The notes under the pieces were generated by a model. It did not search any database. It saw only the letters and a program-made list of their open reading frames with translations, and was not told the origin of the DNA. The position numbers and the translations under genes are program-made. A stretch of 63,913 nt of DNA, filler included, from Stramenopiles sp. TOSAG23-2 (taxonomy: Eukaryota), in the NCBI GenBank assembly GCA_900128395.1. It is 3 parts of 3 records of this genome, joined end to end, with 100 filler letters (N's around TTAATTAATTAA, not from the genome) between each part and the next. Parts side by side here need not be neighbours in the genome. Positions count along the whole stretch, not along the records: positions 45,979 to 63,913 come from LT649618.1; 2 more parts are not named here. The stretch is one strand, 5' to 3'. Positions 56,618 to 63,913 of the stretch are shown here, one piece after another. Numbering within the stretch: position 1 is the first letter of the stretch; each line of letters starts with the position of its first letter.

Positions 56618-59359
56618 ATGTCTACCGCGTCAGCTGAAGCTGCAAAAGCTGCTGCGGAATTATATTACAACAATTTTATAGAAGAATATGCTATTTATTT
56701 CACCGTACCAGTAGCTATTTTAGTCATCTTAATAACAACGTTTGTTTATGGATTTAGAGTAAATATTTTAGATTACATCCTCTATTTTTTTCAAGATTTA
56801 TATTCAATAATATTTATATTTAAAAGTAATAATAATAAGAAGAAGAAGACGGGGGACATAAATTTAAGAAAAGCTTTGCCAATAGCTAATTTAAGATTTG
56901 ATTATTTAACATCAAAATTGTTAATAAGTGGGATTGGAAAAGAACCTTTAAGCGTTGATATCGTTTGCAAATATGAATTACCTGCACCAACTTGGTATTC
57001 TAGGAATCAACAATATGATTGTAGATTATCAACAAGTAAAAATGTGATACAAATGCAACAAAATAAAGGATGTGTATTTAGCGATGCTAATGTTAAAATT
57101 ACTATTGAATTTGCACGTATATTTTGCAGTAAAACTAGCAATGGGCTGCATATTTTCCCAACATTAACAACATTAACAGATAGAACCGTGCGATTAATTG
57201 GTATCAGTTTTGAAGTTGATTTAAAACCTTCGATGCCATATAGATTATCAAAATCAAAAATGTTTATAAATGGTTTTCAAAGTTGGTCTCCAACTGGATC
57301 GGTTTCATGCGCAAGTCGTATGTCATATACATTATTAGGTTTACCTATCGTTAGCAGACCGGTAGCTGGCATGATAAGAAATGTCGATTCCGAATATTGG
57401 GGTCGTGGGGATGGTTTAACATCACAACATATGACGGCATTTCAAAGCACTGATTCAAAGGATAGTATTTTATGGGGATTTACAAAACAAACTACTGCTA
57501 TTGGTGAGTTTTTCTTCCATCGAAATACGAAGAAATTAACATGTACGTTAGATTATGAAAAAACATTGTTTTCCACTGATATTGGAATGAAAGGCTTAGT
57601 TGAAGTCAAAGTCGAACCATTACTTGTTATGTTTGGTGCAATTGATTTTTTATTAGAGACATGGGCTACTGAATGTGCGCCGACAAATTACCATAGAAAA
57701 TTAAGTGATGTGAAAACATCTGTTGGATGGTGTTCATGGTATAAATTTTATGATAAAGTATCGCAAGTTGATATCACTAGAAATGCAAATTTTATAGCGG
57801 ATGAGGAAAAAATGAAAGATATAGATTGCCGTGTCGTACAATTAGATGATGGTTTTCAAAGTCATATTGGGGATTGGTTAACCGTCAATCGAAAATTTCC
57901 AGATGGATTGCCAGGTGTTGCACGTCAAATTAAAAAGAAAGGAATGGCAGCTGGAATATGGCTAGCACCATTTTTAGCTGGACATGGCAGTGTCTTATTT
58001 CGTGATCGTCCAGAATGGTTTGTGAAAGATCAATTGACTGGTAGTCCTTTAATTGCGCATTTAAATCCAGATTGGGGTAGTGATTTTATTTGCTACTCGC
58101 TAGATACGACAAATCCACAAGTACAATCATGGTTGAAACATATATTTTCAACACTAGTAGCATATGGTTTTACTTATTTTAAAATTGATTTTCTAGTTGC
58201 CGGTATACGACGTGGAAATCGTTATGATCGATACAGTAGCAGGGCGGAGGCATATCGAAAAGGATTAGATATTATTCGAAAAGCAATTGGTCCAGATTGC
58301 TATTTAGTTGGTTGTGGTGCGCCGTTAGGACCATCGATTGGATATTTTGATGCAATGCGCGTATCAAGTGATACAAATGCAGAATGGGATGAAATGTTTC
58401 TTCAGAAAATATTAGGTGCTGGGGACGGCCCGCCATGTTTAAGAAATGCATTGCATTTTTCCATCACCCGTAGCTTTTTACATCGTAAATGGTGGTTAAA
58501 TGATCCAGATTGTGTCTTATTACCAGGTACTGGTTTAACTAATGAAGAGATGATTTTACAATTAACAGTAATATGCATGAGTAGTGGTGTAGTTGTCATA
58601 TCAGAAGATATGCCATCATTAGATTTAGATAAAATTTCACTTTTGAAACGAATATTACCGACTAGTCAATTAGTAAGTGGGCAACCACGCAACGTGTTGT
58701 TACATCGATTTCCAACATTATATGTATGTAGTGGATGCGATCCATCACAACGTAGTTCATTATTTGCATTTATAAATTGGAAAAATTATGACGTTACTAT
58801 TGATACGAAAATAGATTTAGAAGATGAATTGCAATATTTATCATCGAATAGGAACGAAAAAAATGCGAATAACAAAGAGGTAGTTCATGAAAGTAATAAT
58901 AAACAAGATGATGTGTTTTCAAATTTTTTCTTTTTTGATTTTTGGCAAGAAAGACCATTGCGTGATGATTTAATACTGTTGATGAAACCACATAGTAGCC
59001 GTGCATTGGTTGCAACTAGGTTTGATGATGGTCAAGATCCAAAACTGATTGGTAATTCTTTCCATTTAATTGCTATGGTAGATGGTAGAATATCAGGGCA
59101 AATGGATTTAAAGAATAATTATTTTATCGTCAATGTTAGAGATGTAGCCTGTGAAGTTGGTAAATTATGGGTAGCGATGCCAACAAACGTAGTGACAGAT
59201 TTAAACACTGAAAATAATATAAAAAGTAATGTTATTGTAAATGTTACATCTACGAATGATTTAAAATCACATAAAAATTGGTCTGTAATGGAATTTTCAG
59301 TAGATGCGACAAAGATTGATGGTGATGATGGACAATGGTATATAAAGATTCAATTTTAG
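56618..59359 (+). CDS. Alpha-galactosidase, GH36 (bacterial GalA-type) with an N-terminal membrane anchor
   Basis: GWCSWY, QLDDGFQ..IGDW, GIWLAPF, YFKIDF (nucleophile), GCGAPLGPSIG.FDAMRVSSD, WWLNDPDC; hydrophobic segment near residues 25-45; no intron. Confidence 0.88.
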   Translation: MSTASAEAAKAAAELYYNNFIEEYAIYFTVPVAILVILITTFVYGFRVNILDYILYFFQDLYSIIFIFKSNNNKKKKTGDINLRKALPIANLRFDYLTSKLLISGIGKEPLSVDIVCKYELPAPTWYSRNQQYDCRLSTSKNVIQMQQNKGCVFSDANVKITIEFARIFCSKTSNGLHIFPTLTTLTDRTVRLIGISFEVDLKPSMPYRLSKSKMFINGFQSWSPTGSVSCASRMSYTLLGLPIVSRPVAGMIRNVDSEYWGRGDGLTSQHMTAFQSTDSKDSILWGFTKQTTAIGEFFFHRNTKKLTCTLDYEKTLFSTDIGMKGLVEVKVEPLLVMFGAIDFLLETWATECAPTNYHRKLSDVKTSVGWCSWYKFYDKVSQVDITRNANFIADEEKMKDIDCRVVQLDDGFQSHIGDWLTVNRKFPDGLPGVARQIKKKGMAAGIWLAPFLAGHGSVLFRDRPEWFVKDQLTGSPLIAHLNPDWGSDFICYSLDTTNPQVQSWLKHIFSTLVAYGFTYFKIDFLVAGIRRGNRYDRYSSRAEAYRKGLDIIRKAIGPDCYLVGCGAPLGPSIGYFDAMRVSSDTNAEWDEMFLQKILGAGDGPPCLRNALHFSITRSFLHRKWWLNDPDCVLLPGTGLTNEEMILQLTVICMSSGVVVISEDMPSLDLDKISLLKRILPTSQLVSGQPRNVLLHRFPTLYVCSGCDPSQRSSLFAFINWKNYDVTIDTKIDLEDELQYLSSNRNEKNANNKEVVHESNNKQDDVFSNFFFFDFWQERPLRDDLILLMKPHSSRALVATRFDDGQDPKLIGNSFHLIAMVDGRISGQMDLKNNYFIVNVRDVACEVGKLWVAMPTNVVTDLNTENNIKSNVIVNVTSTNDLKSHKNWSVMEFSVDATKIDGDDGQWYIKIQF

Positions 59360-59722
59360 AAGAAGTATAATAATACAATTAGAGAGAGTAAAGAGGGGAG
59401 AGAAAGAATATAGTGTTATCATATATATAGAGAGTGAGAGAATTAATTTTCCAAAAGCAAGGAGAGATAAGAGAGAGGTATAGAGGGGGGAGAGATAGAG
59501 AGAAAAAGAGATTATTTACCAGGTATATATTAAATAAAAACGATTTTTTTAAAATAGAGAGAGATATTTTCCAGAAAAGATTTTTTAAAATTATTTTTTT
59601 ATGTTTTCAAAAAAATAAAACACCATACATGTACCCACATACTGCTGTGTATTATTTTTATAAACACTCTAAAACTCTCTAAGATCCTTTAAATCCTTGT
59701 TTCCTCCTCTCTCTCTCTCTCT

Positions 59723-60496
59723 TTACAACTTAGATGGTGCTTTCTTACACTCAATTAATATACAACGTAATTCATCTTTTCCTACATTTAATGCATGGCC
59801 AGCAGTTTCAACATCTTTGCCTGTTGAATAATATGTAGTCCCTTTATGACGAGGATTACCTAAATTACGAGAAGCATGTTGTTCTGGTGAAACTGCTTCG
59901 ATTTTATACAATTCTTCAAGACTCATTGTTCCATCTCTAGTACCACGTACATCCATATGAAATACTTGTTGTGATGCTTTATCAATTGCTACTTTTCCAC
60001 TTAAACCTGATGGTACACGTTGATCCCAAATTTTAACTTCAGTATTTTCATACAAGACAGCTGAAGATGCTCCCCAACCTTTTGGCAATGGTTCAGGGAT
60101 TATTTTTTTATTCATATTATTTTTAATATTCGTATTTTTCAATTCAACTAAATAAAATAATATACCTACATTTCCTTTTTTATTTGATGCTACTTCTGTG
60201 AAACCTTGTTTGACATAGACAATAGGACCAGTTGTTTTTTTCGTTAAACCTTTTGCAAATGCTAACCAATAATCATAATCGTGCGTATGCAATGGCCCAT
60301 CCATATGTTTGAGCAAACGATTTTCCCAAATATTTACTTCATCATCTTGATATAATAATGCAGTTGCAACTGGTAATCCACTGGATGAAGCTGGTGTTGG
60401 ATATGTCTCATTATTTGATTGTATAGGAGTTTTATGATTTGGTTCAAACGGTGCCGGTTGTGGTAACTTTAAATTTATTTCTGTTGAGGAGGACAT
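59723..60496 (-). CDS. Double cupin-like protein with C-terminal PTS1 (SKL)
   Basis: Two units LLYQDDEVNIWE...PLHTHDYDY and VLYENTEVKIWD...GHALNVGKDELRCILIECK; ends APSKL. Confidence 0.65.
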   Translation of the reverse strand: MSSSTEINLKLPQPAPFEPNHKTPIQSNNETYPTPASSSGLPVATALLYQDDEVNIWENRLLKHMDGPLHTHDYDYWLAFAKGLTKKTTGPIVYVKQGFTEVASNKKGNVGILFYLVELKNTNIKNNMNKKIIPEPLPKGWGASSAVLYENTEVKIWDQRVPSGLSGKVAIDKASQQVFHMDVRGTRDGTMSLEELYKIEAVSPEQHASRNLGNPRHKGTTYYSTGKDVETAGHALNVGKDELRCILIECKKAPSKL

Positions 60497-60855
60497 TTTT
60501 TGGGTTTGATTTAGATAGTATTTTATAGATCACAAATAGTTATTTTGTAGTTTTTGAATGTGAATGCCAATTGTATATACTGTAGCTATATTGCAATAAC
60601 TATTTATTATATTATATAATATACAGCAGTTACAGTACCTGGTATCTTTCTTCTTTATATCTTCTTCTTACTGGTGGTGTGGTTATATGGTGGTGGTAAT
60701 AAAAGCTATATTATTTGGTAAGACGGACGACAAAAATATTGAATTATACATATTAAAATTATCACAAAGAAGACCTGTGTGAGATCCCAGAGATGGCCAA
60801 ATAGAAAAAATGGTATTATACACAAATTATATGAATATCAGAAAAGGATATAATA

Positions 60856-62495
60856 ATGAATAAATCACAAGTAGAATATCAAATACCGCCAATACATTGG
60901 CCAAAAACGGATCAATATTTAAATACATTTTTAAAGAATGAGCAATATGTACAACATAATTCTCCTATGTTTACCCCGAGGTTAAGCATTGATTTAAAAG
61001 ATACGGAAGAATATTCCTATTCAAGGGTTTTGCCAAAATATATAATAAGAGGATTTAAATATAAAACGAAGGATCCATCAGAATTAAAATCAACGTTTGG
61101 ATTGGTATATTTTACTTCAAGATGTACTGGTGCGCCAGGTCTTGTTCAAGGTGGTGCACTTTCAACAGTTGTTGATACAGTAGGTGGTGACCTAGCAATT
61201 TCATCAAATAATTCATCTAATTTATATTTTACACGTAAAATTACAATATTATTTACAAAATTTGTACGGTTGGAAACCGTTGTTCAGTTTGATTGTACAT
61301 TTATGACTCCACCGCCTAGTAATTCACGTGAAAATGATGTGTTTGTAAATGTAAAATTGTCTGATATAGATACTGGTAAACTATTAGTTGATTGTATATG
61401 TAATATGGCAAAAGCTGGACCAAATCCTGAAACATTTTTACAAGCTTTTGAGGATATAAAAAAAATTGGATGGGAAGAAACATGGAAGAAACAACCACAA
61501 GTTGTTATTATTCCAAATAATATGAAAGGATTTTGGGGGGAAAAAGCAATTAATGATTGTGAAAAATTAATAAATCTTGCACCAGTTGAATTAAATTTAG
61601 TTGATATGAAACGTGATTTCCCTGTAATGAATAATAATGCTTCACGTACAGAAACTATTTATAACAATCCACCAAATCAAATATTTTGGGATTTTTCACC
61701 AACTACGGTAAGTTTATTAGTAGATGATAGAAGGAATTTTATTGTTTTTTTTTTCTTTCTTCCCTTATATATATTATCTGTACTATTATTAATTTATATG
61801 GAGAGGGTAGTTCTCGCTAACATGCACACACACACGCATATATATATACCCTATTATATACACAGACACCATATATTGATTTGGAAGATTCAAGTCTTTT
61901 GTCAGAATTAATGAAACATCCACCAAAAATACGTAGAAAAACGTTTTGGCGTACAGTTGCTAGTAAGAAAAAAAATATTAAATTACTAGCTGGTATTTTT
62001 GTTTTTTCTAGTTTATGTAAAGGTCCTCCTGGAAGAGCTCATGGTGGTTCTGTTGCAACTGCATTTGATGATGCACAAGGTGCATTGGTTGTAAGAGAAA
62101 GAGGTTTCATGCCATCTCATAATACAATTGAATTAATTATCGAATATAAAGGTGCAACACCATTAAAGGAAAATATGGTCATGGTTGCAAGAATGGTAGA
62201 TTTTGATGATCGTGAATGTAGTACTGAAGCAATTTTATTACCAGCAACAATTTTTTTCCAATTAAAGAATCCATTTGAAGATATATGGGTAAAAAAAATT
62301 AAAATAAGTGCACGAAGTACTGCAAAATGGAAACGTCCAAAAGCAAGTTCAGTAGGATTAGATAAGATATTAGATTATGATGAAGCATATGAATTGTTTA
62401 AAAATGCTTCGCTAGACGAGTTTCAAAAACAATCAACAACAGGGAAACAATGGGGGGGGGGGGAGGAGGAGAAGAGTAGTGGTAGTAAATTGTGA
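60856..62495 (+). CDS. Double hotdog acyl-CoA thioesterase (THEM4/PaaI-like) with PTS1; exons 60856-61707 and 61866-62495
   Basis: CTGAPGLVQGGALSTVVD and CKGPPGRAHGGSVATAFDD; phase-0 intron 61708-61865 (GTAAGT...GCTAAC...CACAG) joins the two ORFs; ends GSKL. Confidence 0.85.
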
Positions 62496-62518
62496 GAAAA
62501 AAATCTAAAGAAAAATCT

Positions 62519-62715
62519 TGGGGAAAAAAACAAAAAAAATTTAATGATATACATCAGAAAATCATAAATGATACGAAGCTTCGTAATATATAATTGGTCC
62601 TTAAACTAAAATTTCAAGAAAATGCATCAAAAAGTTTGTGGGGAAAAAAACAAAAAAAATTTAATGATATACATCAGAAAATCATAAATGATACGAAGCT
62701 TCGTAATATATAATT
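62519..62715. repeat. 77-bp direct repeat, period 120
   Basis: tggggaaaaaaacaaaaaaaatttaatgatatacatcag...tatataatt at 62519 and 62639. Confidence 0.9.
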
Positions 62716-62872
62716 CAATTTCTTAGAATGATTAACAATATTATTCCTGAGATTGAGTATTGAGCGTGTAGTATTTATCATACCACGGGGAAGTACTCGT
62801 AAAATTATTACGAATTATAACTTAGATTTTAAACAAATCATGTATATATATATAAAAAATTCTCTTACACTC

Positions 62873-62916
<44 letters not shown>

Positions 62917-63168
62917 AAAAAATTCTCTTATTTATAATTTAAAGATTTTATTTACTCATAGGGAAATAAAAATGAGGGGAGAAAAAGGACACACAAGAAA
63001 GTGAAAAAGATTAGTGGTATACAAAGTAGTAAATTGCGAGAAAAGAAGAAGGAAAAAACTTTATTTTAGAAAATATTATATACTTCGTATACACGAAGTG
63101 TCTCGTAAGAAAAATAAAAAACACAAGCAAAAAGCAATTATATGTGTGTGCACATATCATATCATATA

Positions 63169-63848
63169 ATGACCCACGTCCGATAAGATCCGAACGATTT
63201 TGGAAAAAACCTTAATATTAATAGGGGGTATCCCTTGATATTCCCGATATGTTCGTATACTAACTACCTATAATTTAGTATAACATGTGTTTTACTCCCC
63301 TTTTCCTGTACTCAAAGGCTACGGAAATTTAGTAGACACTGTAAAATGGAAATAAAAAATTTCTTCTGCTAATTATTATAAAGGCACTTCCTGATGTCGT
63401 CTGAACCTGAGGTTCGAGTATAGAAAAGCTCTTATCCCGCGGGTTATGCCTGCAAGAGGTCCAAAAAACTGAAAATGGAAAATATTTTATTTCCCTTGGG
63501 TCCGCATCATATACTGTATATGACCCACGGCTGATAAGATCCGAACGATTTAGATAAATGGCCATAATATTAATAGGGGTATCCCTTGATATTCCGATAT
63601 TTTCGTATACTAACTAACTATAATTAAGTATAACATGTGTTTTACTCCCCTTTTCCTGTACTCAAAGGCTACGGAAATTTAGTAGACACTGTAAAATGGA
63701 AATAAAAAATTTCTTTTGTTATTTAAAGGCACTTCCTGATGTCGTATGAACCTGAGGTTCGAGTATAGAAAAGCTCTTATCCCGGTTTATCCATACACGA
63801 GACCGTAAAAACTGAAAATGGAAAAATTTTATTTCACATGGATGCGCA
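63169..63848. repeat. About 351-bp tandem repeat (two diverged copies), satellite-like
   Basis: atgacccacg..gataagatccgaacgattt... at 63169 and 63520, colinear to about 63848. Confidence 0.92.
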
Positions 63849-63913
63849 TGGACCACCATTTCCAAAAAAAAAAATATTTTTTTCTTGTGACTTCCCAAAA
63901 CTTTTTCATTGCT

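Noticed and set aside
9678-59359. Glycolipid-degradation cluster (GH5 endoglycoceramidase + GH36)
   Set aside because: The genes are on different contigs joined by artificial spacers, so there is no linkage evidence.
62519-62715. Direct repeats with a unique spacer (CRISPR-like?)
   Set aside because: Only two 77-bp copies, eukaryotic context, no cas genes.

Overview
AT-rich eukaryotic (protist) genomic DNA, most likely a stramenopile (inferred from the nonagonal-type cadherin and gene content). It uses the standard genetic code and has GT-AG spliceosomal introns; no prokaryotic operons, rRNA, tRNA or CRISPR were seen. The window is three separate pieces (1-22899, 23000-45878, 45979-63913) joined by artificial 100-nt N44-TTAATTAATTAA-N44 spacers, so linkage across them is not evidence. 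Piece 1 holds a TTL-family ligase, an FCS-zinc-finger protein, a TOG/CLASP-like protein, a myristoylated protein, a broken RCC1-like gene, a GH5 endoglycoceramidase, an MSI4/RBBP4-like WD40 protein and a 2141-aa protein with two cation-efflux CTD-like domains and ten WW domains. It also holds an unannotated ~0.6 kb relic (about 8.9-9.5 kb) that looks giant-virus/phage derived. Piece 2 is a single >22 kb, >7,000-aa, 5'-incomplete multi-exon cadherin/IPT-TIG/9-TM gene. Piece 3 holds MITE-like elements, an LRR-LNR fragment, a CudA-like protein, a Cys-rich secreted protein, COMMD5, a Tousled-like kinase, a bacterial-type GH36 alpha-galactosidase, a divergent pair of genes both ending in peroxisomal SKL, and terminal tandem repeats. 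All family calls are by motif recognition; no searches were run.
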